Source: an uncultured Aminicenantes bacterium (GTDB taxonomy: Bacteria > Acidobacteriota > Aminicenantia > UBA2199). From it: a stretch of DNA of 64,000 nt. The stretch covers positions 1 to 64,000 of the forward strand of contig CBDAFS010000058.1 of the NCBI GenBank assembly GCA_965195285.1, read 5' to 3'. Below the pieces are notes generated by a model. It worked only from the letters and a program-made list of their open reading frames with translations. It made no database searches and was not told the origin of the DNA. Made by a program: the position numbers and the translations under genes. Of the stretch, positions 18,867 to 28,903 are shown in pieces. Positions within the stretch are counted from its first letter, which is position 1, and the number at the start of each line of letters is the position of its first letter.

Positions 18867-19730
18867 ATGAAATCCATGCCCACATTACCCCGATTTCTGC
18901 ATATTGGAATGCCAAAATCCGGAAGCAGTTTTTTATACACCCTATTGAAACAGCATCCCGGTGTCAGCCTCAGCAAGATTCAGAAAATCAACTTCTATGG
19001 CCATAATTTTTCCAAGGGATGGGATTGGTATTGGTCGCTTTTTGACCTGAAAGATGATAAAGCGTTAGTCGATACTTCACCCAAGCTGTTCCAGTATGGT
19101 TCTGAAGCCGCTTTCAGAATAAAACAATATATTTCTGAGCCCAGGTTTCTGGTGATATTGAGAAATCCGGCCAATTATGTTTTTTCACATTACCGCATGC
19201 ATTTCAACAATGGATTTTTTTTAAAGAATTATCGGGATAAATTCAGGAAAAATCCATCCTTTCAAGAAATAGTGGAGGAATTACCTGAATATCTGGAGAG
19301 AGGTAAATATTTTAAGAACTTTCAGGTATGGCTGAAATATTTTAACCTGTCAAATTTTCATGTGGTCATATTTGAAAATTTTGTAATAGAGCCGCAGAAG
19401 TATATGGACCGAATATTCGATTTCTTTCTGCTGGATAAAATTCAAATAGAGCCGGTAAGAGAAACATCCAAGAATGTGGCCATGAAAAATCCTTTGTTTT
19501 ATAAATTCAAAAGGTTTTTTCTGAGGCATGAAAAACTGAAAAATGTGCTGAAAAAATCCCGATACCTGGATCGAACATTTGATTTTTTTTTTACCAAACC
19601 ATCCCATTTACCCGATGAGTACCGGAGTATCTTGTTTGAATATTATCGGGAAGATATGACTCAGCTTGGTGAACTTTTAAAAATTAATACATCTATTTGG
19701 AAAATGAAGAATAACCGGGACAGGTTATGA
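18867..19730 (+). CDS. Sulfotransferase (heparan-sulfate-sulfotransferase-like subgroup)
   Basis: P.FLHIGMPKSGSS.LY..L.QHP, ILRNP....FSHY, RGKY. Confidence 0.8.
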   Translation: MKSMPTLPRFLHIGMPKSGSSFLYTLLKQHPGVSLSKIQKINFYGHNFSKGWDWYWSLFDLKDDKALVDTSPKLFQYGSEAAFRIKQYISEPRFLVILRNPANYVFSHYRMHFNNGFFLKNYRDKFRKNPSFQEIVEELPEYLERGKYFKNFQVWLKYFNLSNFHVVIFENFVIEPQKYMDRIFDFFLLDKIQIEPVRETSKNVAMKNPLFYKFKRFFLRHEKLKNVLKKSRYLDRTFDFFFTKPSHLPDEYRSILFEYYREDMTQLGELLKINTSIWKMKNNRDRL

Positions 19731-19752
19731 AAATATTTTTGGGTTAAGAAAA

Positions 19753-20874
19753 ATGAAGATTCTGCATATTTTTAAAATTACCGGAATATCTGGCTCTGAA
19801 AACCACCTGCTGACTCTGCTGCCCCGGCTGGCGGAGAGTGGTTTGGAGGTTGTGGTGATCATGATGGTTGAACCAGGCAATCCGGTAACTGAATTTTCTC
19901 AAATACTTGAAAAATCCGGGGTCAGGATTTTTAGGGTAAAAATCGGGTTTCATATCAGTCTCCCGGCATTTTTAAAAATCAAAGGGATTATGAAAGCGGA
20001 AATGCCGGATATTGTTCATACCCATCTTATTCATGGAGATTTTTATGGCACGTTGGCAGCCCGTCAGGTTGGGATAAAAAGAATAATAACCTCAAAGCAT
20101 AATGATGACAATTTCAGAAGAATGAAGTTGATAGGATGCTTTAATCGCTATTTTAACCGGCGAGCGGAAAAAGTCATTGTCATTTCCAGCGCCCTGGAGT
20201 ATTTTTGCATTGAATTTGAACATGTGGATCCGGGAAAAATAGAAGTCATTCAGTATGGATTGGATGATTTCAGTTCTAAACTGGGGGACCGGGATCTGCG
20301 AAAGAAGCTCGGATATCAACCGGAAGGTATCCTGTTCGGGATTATAGCCAGGTTAACCGAGCAAAAAGGGCATGTCTATCTTATCAAGGCCTTTCGGGAG
20401 GTGAAGAAAAAATATCCCCGGGCCCAGCTTCTGGTGGTCGGCAGTGGGGAAATGAAAGATGAACTGGAAGGCTTGGTTTCAGAACTTACCCTTGATACCG
20501 TGGTGAAATTCACCGGACGAAGAGAAGATACGGCAGATATTTACCATGCTCTGGATGTTTTTATCCATCCCTCAATCTGGGAGGGTTTCGGCCTGGTTTT
20601 TCTGGAGGCCATGTCTTTTTCACTTCCCATTATTGCCACCCGGGTAAGCGCAATTCCGGAAGTGGTGAAAGATGGAGAAACCGGGATCCTGGTGTCCCCG
20701 AAAAATATAACTGAGTTAACCGATGCCATGGTTTGGATGATCGAAAATCCGGCTAGACGGGTGAAAATGGGCCGACTTGGAAAAAACAGAGTTGATCGGG
20801 TTTTCCCGGTTGATAAAATGGTGGATAAGATTATTGGAATCTATAAAATCCCCCAGATCAACCAGAATGGATAA
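19753..20874 (+). CDS. GT4 glycosyltransferase
   Basis: ARLTEQKGH, EGFGLVFLEAM, IPEVV.DGETG. Confidence 0.9.
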   Translation: MKILHIFKITGISGSENHLLTLLPRLAESGLEVVVIMMVEPGNPVTEFSQILEKSGVRIFRVKIGFHISLPAFLKIKGIMKAEMPDIVHTHLIHGDFYGTLAARQVGIKRIITSKHNDDNFRRMKLIGCFNRYFNRRAEKVIVISSALEYFCIEFEHVDPGKIEVIQYGLDDFSSKLGDRDLRKKLGYQPEGILFGIIARLTEQKGHVYLIKAFREVKKKYPRAQLLVVGSGEMKDELEGLVSELTLDTVVKFTGRREDTADIYHALDVFIHPSIWEGFGLVFLEAMSFSLPIIATRVSAIPEVVKDGETGILVSPKNITELTDAMVWMIENPARRVKMGRLGKNRVDRVFPVDKMVDKIIGIYKIPQINQNG

Positions 20875-22039
20875 AATAAAAATCCTTTTTGTTATCACCC
20901 GGTTGAATAGTGGTGGAGCCGCAAAATGTGTCATTTGGATGAGTGGAATGCTGGATGAAAAAAAATTCAAGACGCTCTTGATATCTGGTAAAACCGAAGG
21001 TAATGAAAATGATATTTTATGGTATGCCAGGAAACATGGTGTTTCTCCGGTGATTATACCCTGGTTGAAGCGAAGATTGAATCCCTTTTCGGATCTGATT
21101 TTTTTTCTGAAGCTTTATCGCCTGATTCTAAAAGAAAAACCGGATATTGTTCATACCCATATGTCAAAAGCCGGACTCCTGGGAAGAACCGCTGCCATTT
21201 TCTACAATCGATTTCACCAGAAAAAAATTAAGATTGTTCACACATTTCACGGTCATGTTTTTCATTCATATTTTTCCGGGACCAAAACCCGTTTATTTGT
21301 TTTTTTGGAAAAAAGGTTGCTAAAAAATACAGACGCAATTATTGCCATCAGTAGAAAATTGCGGGATGAAATTTGTCATATACTTAAGGTGGAGAATAAG
21401 AAAAAATTCAGAATTATTCCTCTTGGGATAGATTTTGTGCCTGTAGAGAGAGTCCGGAGCCGTAAACTTCCGACAAGGAAAATCCATATTGGCATGCTGG
21501 GTCGATTGGCTCCGGTTAAAAATTATTCGCTGGCTGTAGAAATTGCCAGTATGTTGGCCAGGGAAAAGACCCCGGCAACAATATTGATCGGAGGAGGCGG
21601 AAGCAGAAGAGATTTTAAAAAGATAAATCAATACAATTCAGAGAATATTTCCTTTTTAGGGAATATAAAAAAACCAGAGGATTTCTGGAATAAAATAGAT
21701 ATTGCCTTAATAACCAGTAAAAATGAAGGAACACCTGTTTCTTTAATTGAAGCCATGTTTTCGGGAATTCCCTTTATCGCTTCTATGGTAGGGGGCATAC
21801 CGGATATGGCCACTGGCTTAATGAAGAGAGAGGGAAATCTCTTCATTTATGATAATTGTGTTCTGATTAAGGGTTTTGATCCCGATGATTTTGAAAAGGC
21901 CATCCGGTTTTTTTCTGATAGTAAAATCCGGAGAAAAGCAGGAAAATTGAGCAAACGATTTGCCGAAGAAAAATTTTCAGTTAATAGATTGATTAAAGAC
22001 ATTAAAATTTTGTATTCAGATTTATTGGAAAATGAATAA
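20867..22039 (+). CDS. GT4 glycosyltransferase
   Basis: ITRLNSGG, HTHMSKAG..GR, HTFHGHVF, EGTPVSLIEAM; start moved to ATG 20867. Confidence 0.9.
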   Translation: MDKIKILFVITRLNSGGAAKCVIWMSGMLDEKKFKTLLISGKTEGNENDILWYARKHGVSPVIIPWLKRRLNPFSDLIFFLKLYRLILKEKPDIVHTHMSKAGLLGRTAAIFYNRFHQKKIKIVHTFHGHVFHSYFSGTKTRLFVFLEKRLLKNTDAIIAISRKLRDEICHILKVENKKKFRIIPLGIDFVPVERVRSRKLPTRKIHIGMLGRLAPVKNYSLAVEIASMLAREKTPATILIGGGGSRRDFKKINQYNSENISFLGNIKKPEDFWNKIDIALITSKNEGTPVSLIEAMFSGIPFIASMVGGIPDMATGLMKREGNLFIYDNCVLIKGFDPDDFEKAIRFFSDSKIRRKAGKLSKRFAEEKFSVNRLIKDIKILYSDLLENE

Positions 22040-23765
22040 CCTGATTTATTATTTGTCTGCTTTTGTATTTTCTGTGGGTGTAAACTTTCTTTTTATAAAA
22101 TTCTGGAAGTTTAGTGTTTTAAAATCACATGTGAAACAAGATCGCTGGGGTTCCAAAGTGGTTCCCTTAACCGGAGGGTTATCTATTTTTTTGGTGTTTT
22201 CAATTTTCAGCATTTTTAAGATTGGTGCCTTTGAAGATGATAATAAAATGATTGTTGCTTTGATCGGGGGGGTGTTCTTATTCCTGCTGGGATTGGTTGA
22301 TGATTTGATCAATTTAAAATCATATCAAAAATTTTTAGCCCAAGTTTTTGTGGTATTGATGATCATGAGTTTTGGAATCCAGGCATCGTATCTGGGTAAA
22401 CCTTTGTGTTATGTTATTACCTTCTTATGGATCCTGGGCATTACCAATGCTTTTAATCTCCTGGACAATATTGATGGTTTGTCAGCTGGAATCGGGGCCA
22501 TCGCCTTCATTTTCCTGGGTCTTAATTTTATTGGTGAAGGTGCGCTTTTGCTCAGTCATTTCAGTTTGGTTCTGGCCGCCATTCTTTTGGGTTTCCTGAT
22601 TTTTAATTTTAATCCGGCAAAAGTATATTTGGGAGATAGCGGGGCTCTGGTAATTGGATATTTTCTCAGCATTTTCACGATCATCGGCTCTCAGAAAAGC
22701 GGAAAATCGGTATTTGTGACCGTTATTTTCCCGATTTTAATCATGTTGATTCCCATTTTGGATACCGTATTGGTATCCATTACCCGGAATATGAGGGGTC
22801 AATCACCTTTCGAGGGAGGCAAGGATCATCTGTCTCATCGCCTGGTTACGCTGGGCATGAGTGAAAAACAAGCTGTTTTGTTTTTGTATTCCATTTCCAT
22901 TTTACTTGGAATTTCAGCTTTCTTTTTTGTAGAAATCTCAACGGTTTTCTCCATGGTCATATACTTTTTCATCAGTCTGGTTTTTATTTTATTTGGAGTA
23001 TATATCGGGAAGATCAGGATCGGATCCCCATCGGATAGAAAGAAAAGTGCCGTGGTTTTGAGTTCCAATTTCTTATACAAAAAGAGGATTTTTCATATCT
23101 TGGTGGACCTGATTTTGATTGCTCTGGTTTATTACCTGTCTTACCTTATTCGTTTTGAAGGGACTGTCAGTCAGAAGAATATAACCCTTTATCTTGAATC
23201 GGTTCCGATTGTTATCTTGTTTAAAATTATTTTTCTATACTACTTCAATGTGTATAAAATCGAGAGCATGTATTTTTCAGTTAGAGATGGATTGAATGTC
23301 ATAAAGGGTCTTACCCTGGGTTCTGTTTCTTCGGTTTTGGTTTTAACTTTGTTGAATCGGTTTTTGGGTTATTCCAGAGCTGTATTTGTTGTTGATTGGA
23401 TGCTGGCCATTATTGTCCTGGGAGCGGTAAAGGTATTTTATCGATTATTTGAGGAATTATTTGCTCCGATCAGGTATAAAGAGAGGGGAAAAATTGTAGT
23501 GATTGGCGGAGATAGTATATTTCAGTCGATAAATAAATATCTGCAATTCAAACCTGCTATTAACCTGAGAATACTCAAACATATTGTTTTGACTGATTTC
23601 AATTTTGATGATATGATAGAGTATTTGAAAAAACCCGATCATATCATTTGTATGATCTTGATGGAGGATAAAACCATTTTGACAAGCGAGCAGCTAATAT
23701 CAATTCAGAGAATGGGAATTCCGGTGGTAAATGAAAAGGAATTCTTTGCAAAAATATTGGAGTAA
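22032..23765 (+). CDS. WecA/MraY-family undecaprenyl-phosphate HexNAc-1-P transferase fused to a CapD-N-like membrane domain
   Basis: GLVDD, NAFNLLDNIDGL, NFNPAKVYLGDSG, HLSHRL; the C-terminal half (D.....YY.SY.IRFE, SRAVFVVDW) resembles the N-terminus of CapD/WbpM. Confidence 0.85.
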   Translation: MNNLIYYLSAFVFSVGVNFLFIKFWKFSVLKSHVKQDRWGSKVVPLTGGLSIFLVFSIFSIFKIGAFEDDNKMIVALIGGVFLFLLGLVDDLINLKSYQKFLAQVFVVLMIMSFGIQASYLGKPLCYVITFLWILGITNAFNLLDNIDGLSAGIGAIAFIFLGLNFIGEGALLLSHFSLVLAAILLGFLIFNFNPAKVYLGDSGALVIGYFLSIFTIIGSQKSGKSVFVTVIFPILIMLIPILDTVLVSITRNMRGQSPFEGGKDHLSHRLVTLGMSEKQAVLFLYSISILLGISAFFFVEISTVFSMVIYFFISLVFILFGVYIGKIRIGSPSDRKKSAVVLSSNFLYKKRIFHILVDLILIALVYYLSYLIRFEGTVSQKNITLYLESVPIVILFKIIFLYYFNVYKIESMYFSVRDGLNVIKGLTLGSVSSVLVLTLLNRFLGYSRAVFVVDWMLAIIVLGAVKVFYRLFEELFAPIRYKERGKIVVIGGDSIFQSINKYLQFKPAINLRILKHIVLTDFNFDDMIEYLKKPDHIICMILMEDKTILTSEQLISIQRMGIPVVNEKEFFAKILE

Positions 23766-23796
23766 ATTTGAAACCAACAGAGGATAGAATAGAAAA

Positions 23797-24759
23797 ATGA
23801 AGTTGTTGGTAACCGGGGGGGCTGGTTTTATTGGCTCAAACATTTGTCGAAAATACTTGGAAAGAGGGGATGAAGTTCATATCATTGATAATTTGTCAAC
23901 CGGGAAATTTGAGAACATTTCCGGTCTTCTGGAAAAATATCCGGACAAACTTTCTTTTGATGAAGATTCGATTTTAAATGATAAGCTGGTTATGAAATTA
24001 ACCAGTCTGGCCGATGTGGTTATTCATCTGGCTGCTGCTGTGGGAGTCAAATATATTATTAATAATCCGCTCAGTGCCATGGAGACCAATATTATCGGAA
24101 CGGAAAATGTACTCCGGGGAGCAAAAGTATTCAAGAAAAAGATTTTTATCGCTTCCTCCTCGGAAGTATACGGGGATCAGGAAAAAGCCCCTCTGTATGA
24201 AGAAGACTCGGTGATATTCGGCCCCTCGGTTAAATTGAGGTGGTCTTATGCAGCATCCAAGCTGGTTGATGAATTTCTGGCTTTATCCTATTACCGGACC
24301 CTGGATATTCCGGTGGTGATATGCCGGTTTTTTAATATTATCGGTCCCAAACAAACCGGAGAATACGGTATGGTGGTTCCCCGATTTGTTGATCAAGCCA
24401 TGAAAAATGAACCTTTGTTGGTTTATGGAGATGGCAATCAGACCAGGACCTTTACTTATATCAAGGATGCTATGAATGCCATCATGAATATGATGGAAAA
24501 TGAAAAATGTGTGGGACAGATTATCAATATTGGGGGAACCGAGGAGATAAAAATACTTGACCTGGCCAAAAAAATTATTCAGCTTTCCGAATCATCTTCA
24601 AGTATAGAGTTGGTTCCCTATGAGAAGGTATATGGAAAGGATTTTGATGACATGAAAAGGAGGGTCCCCTCCCTGGAAAAGGCCAGGAAGTTATTGGGTT
24701 TCAATCCGAAATATGGACTCGATGACTCTCTGAAAATTATCATTGATTCAATGAAGTAA
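23797..24759 (+). CDS. NAD-dependent nucleotide-sugar epimerase/dehydratase
   Basis: TGGAGFIGS, ASSSEVYG, YAASK. Confidence 0.9.
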   Translation: MKLLVTGGAGFIGSNICRKYLERGDEVHIIDNLSTGKFENISGLLEKYPDKLSFDEDSILNDKLVMKLTSLADVVIHLAAAVGVKYIINNPLSAMETNIIGTENVLRGAKVFKKKIFIASSSEVYGDQEKAPLYEEDSVIFGPSVKLRWSYAASKLVDEFLALSYYRTLDIPVVICRFFNIIGPKQTGEYGMVVPRFVDQAMKNEPLLVYGDGNQTRTFTYIKDAMNAIMNMMENEKCVGQIINIGGTEEIKILDLAKKIIQLSESSSSIELVPYEKVYGKDFDDMKRRVPSLEKARKLLGFNPKYGLDDSLKIIIDSMK

Positions 24760-24821
24760 ACTTGCTTGTTCTGGCAATGAGTTTCAATAAACGGATTTTA
24801 CAGCATTCATGAGGTGAAATA

Positions 24822-26141
24822 GTGAAGCATCAAGTCATTGAAAAAATTAAGGAGCATCGCAGTATTATTGGAATTATTGGTCTTGGTTATGTCGGTTTGC
24901 CTCTGGCCAATGAATTCCTGCGAAAAGGTTTTAAAGTCGTTGGATTTGATGTCGATTCGGATAAAGTGAAAAGAATAAACCGGGGAGAGAGTTATATAAA
25001 ACATCTGGATGATAGTTTTATAAAAGAGAGTGTGATATCCAAGCAAATATTCAAGGCGACCGCTGATTTCGCCCAGTTGAAAGATGTTGATGTGATTATC
25101 ATTTGTGTGCCCACTCCTCTTGGCAAACACAAGGAGCCAAATCTTTCTTATGTGTTGGATACCACCCGGAAAATAGCTGAATATCTCAGCCCGGGACAGG
25201 TGGTTGTACTGGAGAGCACGACTTTTCCAGGAACCACCGAACAGGAAATGCTCCCTCTTTTTGAGAAGAAGGGCTTCCGGGTGGGCAGTGATTTCTATCT
25301 GGGATACTCACCTGAACGGGAGGACCCGGGAAGCAAAAGATTTTCAACCGCCACCATTCCTAAAATTGTTAGCGGTGTGACTCCGGACTGTCTTGAAATC
25401 ATTGAATTATTGTATAAACAGGTGATTGTCAAAACGGTTAAGGTGTCCTCTACCAAAATTGCCGAGGCTTCCAAGATACTGGAAAATACCTACCGGGCGG
25501 TGAATATTGCTCTGGTGAATGAGTTAAAACTTGTTTTTGATCGAATGGAAATTGATGTCTGGGAAGTGATTGATGCGGCTGCGACCAAGCCCTTTGGTTT
25601 CCAGCCCTTCTATCCGGGACCAGGGCTGGGAGGGCATTGTATTCCCATTGATCCCTTTTACCTGACCTGGAAAGCCAAAGAGTATGACCTTCATACCCGT
25701 TTTATAGAACTTGCCGGAGAGATTAACAACAATATGCCTTACTATGTGGTTGAGAGAATAATACGGGCTCTTAATTCAATCGGAAAATCGGTTGTGGATT
25801 CCCGTATACTCATTGTGGGGCTGGCCTATAAACCTGATATCGATGATATCCGGGAAAGCCCGTCCTTGAAAATCATAGAGCTTTTGTTGAAAGAAAAAGC
25901 CCATATCGATTATTTTGACCCCTTCATAGCAATGCTGCCTGAAACCCGCAAGTATAAGTTCGGTCTGAAATCAATTGATATAAAAAAGGTTGAGAAAAAT
26001 GGCTACCATGCGGTGGTAATTGTTACGGATCACTCATCCATTGATTACCGGTCAATAGTGGAAAAGGGAGAGGTTATCATTGATACCCGGAATGTATTCT
26101 CCAAAATGGGCATCAGCCATAAAAAAATTTGGAAAGCATGA
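24822..26141 (+). CDS. wbpA: UDP-GlcNAc 6-dehydrogenase (WbpA-like)
   Basis: GLGYVGLPLA, CVPTP, ESTT.PGTT, SPEREDPG, GPGLGGHCIPIDP. Confidence 0.85.
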   Translation: MKHQVIEKIKEHRSIIGIIGLGYVGLPLANEFLRKGFKVVGFDVDSDKVKRINRGESYIKHLDDSFIKESVISKQIFKATADFAQLKDVDVIIICVPTPLGKHKEPNLSYVLDTTRKIAEYLSPGQVVVLESTTFPGTTEQEMLPLFEKKGFRVGSDFYLGYSPEREDPGSKRFSTATIPKIVSGVTPDCLEIIELLYKQVIVKTVKVSSTKIAEASKILENTYRAVNIALVNELKLVFDRMEIDVWEVIDAAATKPFGFQPFYPGPGLGGHCIPIDPFYLTWKAKEYDLHTRFIELAGEINNNMPYYVVERIIRALNSIGKSVVDSRILIVGLAYKPDIDDIRESPSLKIIELLLKEKAHIDYFDPFIAMLPETRKYKFGLKSIDIKKVEKNGYHAVVIVTDHSSIDYRSIVEKGEVIIDTRNVFSKMGISHKKIWKA

Positions 26142-27115
26142 AAAAAAATATTGCCCTGATCGGGGCAGGTCCCTGGGGTAAAAATCATTTGCAGAATCTG
26201 GCTGAACTGAGAGTATTGCATAGTGTACTTGAAAAGTCTGAAGACAGAATCAAGGAGTTAAAAAAAAGTTTTCCTGATGTTAATTTTATATTGGATGAAG
26301 GCCTCATACTCAATAATCCTGAGATTCAAGCAGTGGTAATTGCCGTTCCCTCAATTTTGCATTTTTCCCTGACCCGGAAATATTTACTGGCTGGCAAGGA
26401 TGTGATGGTGGAAAAACCATTATCCCTGACAGTGGTCGAAGGTCAGGAACTTGTAAAATTGGCTGAGCAGAGGAAGAAAATTTTAATGGTCGGGCATATT
26501 TTACAGTATCATCCCGCCATTATAAAATTGAAATCAATGATTTTGAATGCCGAACTGGGAAATATTCGCTATATTTACTCCAATCGATTGAATATTGGTA
26601 AACTGAGAAGCGAGGAAAATGTGCTTTGGAGCTTTGCTCCTCATGATATCTCCCTGATTTTGATGCTAATGGGTTATGAAGATCCCCTGAAGATTTCCGC
26701 CTATGGAGGAGCATATATAAATCCCAATATATTTGATACCACCTTGACCATTTTTGAATTCAAGAACGGGGTAATGGCGCATATATTTGTCAGCTGGCTT
26801 CACCCCTATAAAGAACAAAAACTGGTGGTGGTGGGTTCCAAAAAGATGGCTCTCTTTGATGATCTCAGTGAGGGGAAATTGTTTGTCTACCCCCATGAGA
26901 TTAAGCTGGAAAACGGAAAAATTCCAGTTGCCCATAAAGCTGATTTTATAATGATTGATGTACCACCCAAGCAACCATTAAAAGAAGAATTGCTGCATTT
27001 CATCAACTGCATCGAAACCCGATCTATTCCAAAAACAGATGCAAGAGAAGGGTTGATGGTTTTAAAAATACTTGAAAAAGCTGAACACAGCCTCCGGAAA
27101 GAATCTGCCGGATGA
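26138..27115 (+). CDS. wbpB: Gfo/Idh/MocA oxidoreductase (WbpB-like UDP-GlcNAcA 3-dehydrogenase)
   Basis: GAGPWG, VEKP, APHD motifs; context between wbpA and wbpD homologs. Confidence 0.75.
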   Translation: MKKNIALIGAGPWGKNHLQNLAELRVLHSVLEKSEDRIKELKKSFPDVNFILDEGLILNNPEIQAVVIAVPSILHFSLTRKYLLAGKDVMVEKPLSLTVVEGQELVKLAEQRKKILMVGHILQYHPAIIKLKSMILNAELGNIRYIYSNRLNIGKLRSEENVLWSFAPHDISLILMLMGYEDPLKISAYGGAYINPNIFDTTLTIFEFKNGVMAHIFVSWLHPYKEQKLVVVGSKKMALFDDLSEGKLFVYPHEIKLENGKIPVAHKADFIMIDVPPKQPLKEELLHFINCIETRSIPKTDAREGLMVLKILEKAEHSLRKESAG

Positions 27116-27118
27116 GGA

Positions 27119-27730
27119 ATGGACATGGAAAAAAAGGCATACTTTGTGCATGAAAGCAGTTATATTGATGAAGATGTGGAAATAGGATCCGGGACTAAGA
27201 TTTGGCATTTCTCTCATATTCAGCGGGGAGCCAAAATTGGAAAAAACTGTTCGCTGGGCCAGAACGTCAATATCGGGAACAATGTCATTATTGGAAATCA
27301 GGTCAAAATTCAGAACAATGTATCGGTATATGAGGGGGTAACCATGGAGGATTTTGTTTTTTGCGGACCCTCTTCCGTATTTACAAATATTATGAATCCG
27401 CGTTCTGAGTTTCCCCAGAGGGGCACTGATTTTTATCGAAAAACCGCGGTTAAAAGGGGAGCAACAATCGGGGCCAATGCCACCATTGTATGCGGAGTGA
27501 CCATTGGGCGGTATACGTTTTTGGCGGCCGGGGCTTTGGTGACCATGGATATTCCGAATTTTGCTCTGGTTATCGGGGTGCCGGCAAGAATAAGGGGCTG
27601 GATGTGTGCCTGCGGTCAAAAACTGAAGCTTTCGGTAGATCAACATTCAAAGGAAAGTGCAGAATGTCAGAAGTGTTCGCGACAATATGAAAAAATAGGG
27701 TTGACGGTTAAGGAAATGATTGGAGGCTAA
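27119..27730 (+). CDS. wbpD: Hexapeptide N-acetyltransferase (WbpD-like)
   Basis: [40 protein letters not shown]. Confidence 0.85.
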   Translation: MDMEKKAYFVHESSYIDEDVEIGSGTKIWHFSHIQRGAKIGKNCSLGQNVNIGNNVIIGNQVKIQNNVSVYEGVTMEDFVFCGPSSVFTNIMNPRSEFPQRGTDFYRKTAVKRGATIGANATIVCGVTIGRYTFLAAGALVTMDIPNFALVIGVPARIRGWMCACGQKLKLSVDQHSKESAECQKCSRQYEKIGLTVKEMIGG

Positions 27731-27731
27731 G

Positions 27732-28844
27732 ATGCAGTTTATTGATTTACAGACCCAGCAAAAACGAATTCGAAACAAAATTAATGAAAATATCAAAAAA
27801 GTCCTGGATCATGGCCAGTATATCATGGGCCCGGAAATCAAGGAGTTGGAGGAAAAGTTGGCTGATTATGTGAATGTGAATTATGCCATTGGCGTGGCCA
27901 GCGGGACCGATGCCTTATTGATGCCTTTGATGACCTATCAAATAGGTCGGAACGATGCCATTTTTACCTCACCGTTTACATTTATCGCTACCGCAGAGGT
28001 TATTCAATTGCTGGGGGCCACCCCGGTTTTTATTGATATTGATCCAGCCACTTACAATATGGATTCCGACAAGCTGGAGGAATCAATTTCTTCAATAAAA
28101 AGAGCAGGCAAATTGAAACCGCGGGGAATTATCCCGGTTGATATATTTGGACAGGCAGCGGACTATGATGAAATTAATGCCATTGCCAAAAGACATGATC
28201 TGTTTGTACTGGAGGATGCGGCCCAGGGGTTTGGTGGTTCTTACAAGGGGAGAAGAATCGGTTCCCTGGGAAATGTGGCTGCCACCAGTTTCTTCCCTGC
28301 CAAACCTCTAGGTGCCTACGGTGATGGTGGGATGATTTTTACCCATGAAAAGCAAATAGCCGAGGACTTGGTTTCGGTCCGGATTCATGGGAAAGGTGCA
28401 ACCAAATATGAAAATGTCCGGGTGGGGATTAATGGCCGGCTGGATACGATTCAGGCAGCTATTCTATTGGCAAAATTCTCCCTTCTGGATGAAGAAGTAC
28501 AGATGCGACAGGAAGTTGCCCAACGGTATGATCACGGGCTCAAGGACTGTGTTCAGATTCCCTTGGTTAAAGAATTCAATATCTCTGCCTGGGCTCAATA
28601 CTCGATCCGGCATCCCCAAAGAGAGAGAATTGTAAAAGCCCTTAAATCAAAGGAAATTCCCACTGCGATCTACTACCCGATCCCATTGCACCTGCAGAAA
28701 GCCTTTGTTAATTTGGGATATCAACCAGGTGATTTCCCTGTCAGTGAGAAAATTTCCGGAGATATTTTCAGTGTTCCGATGCATCCTTATCTTGAGGCTG
28801 ATATTCAGCAAAAAGTGATTGACTGTATCAGACGGAATTCTTGA
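27732..28844 (+). CDS. wbpE: DegT/DnrJ aminotransferase (WbpE-like)
   Basis: MQFIDL, EDAAQ, SFFPAKPLGAYGDGG, NGRLDTIQAA; SD GGAGG before ATG 27732. Confidence 0.85.
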   Translation: MQFIDLQTQQKRIRNKINENIKKVLDHGQYIMGPEIKELEEKLADYVNVNYAIGVASGTDALLMPLMTYQIGRNDAIFTSPFTFIATAEVIQLLGATPVFIDIDPATYNMDSDKLEESISSIKRAGKLKPRGIIPVDIFGQAADYDEINAIAKRHDLFVLEDAAQGFGGSYKGRRIGSLGNVAATSFFPAKPLGAYGDGGMIFTHEKQIAEDLVSVRIHGKGATKYENVRVGINGRLDTIQAAILLAKFSLLDEEVQMRQEVAQRYDHGLKDCVQIPLVKEFNISAWAQYSIRHPQRERIVKALKSKEIPTAIYYPIPLHLQKAFVNLGYQPGDFPVSEKISGDIFSVPMHPYLEADIQQKVIDCIRRNS

Positions 28845-28903
28845 CCCTCCTTTTTTTTGGGGAGGACCCACAATTTAAACATATATTGTCCTGAAATTAA
28901 CCG

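Noticed and set aside
28846-28865. CCTCC...GGAGG hairpin after wbpE as an intrinsic terminator
   Set aside because: The T-run lies within the hairpin rather than after the stem, so it does not fit a canonical terminator.
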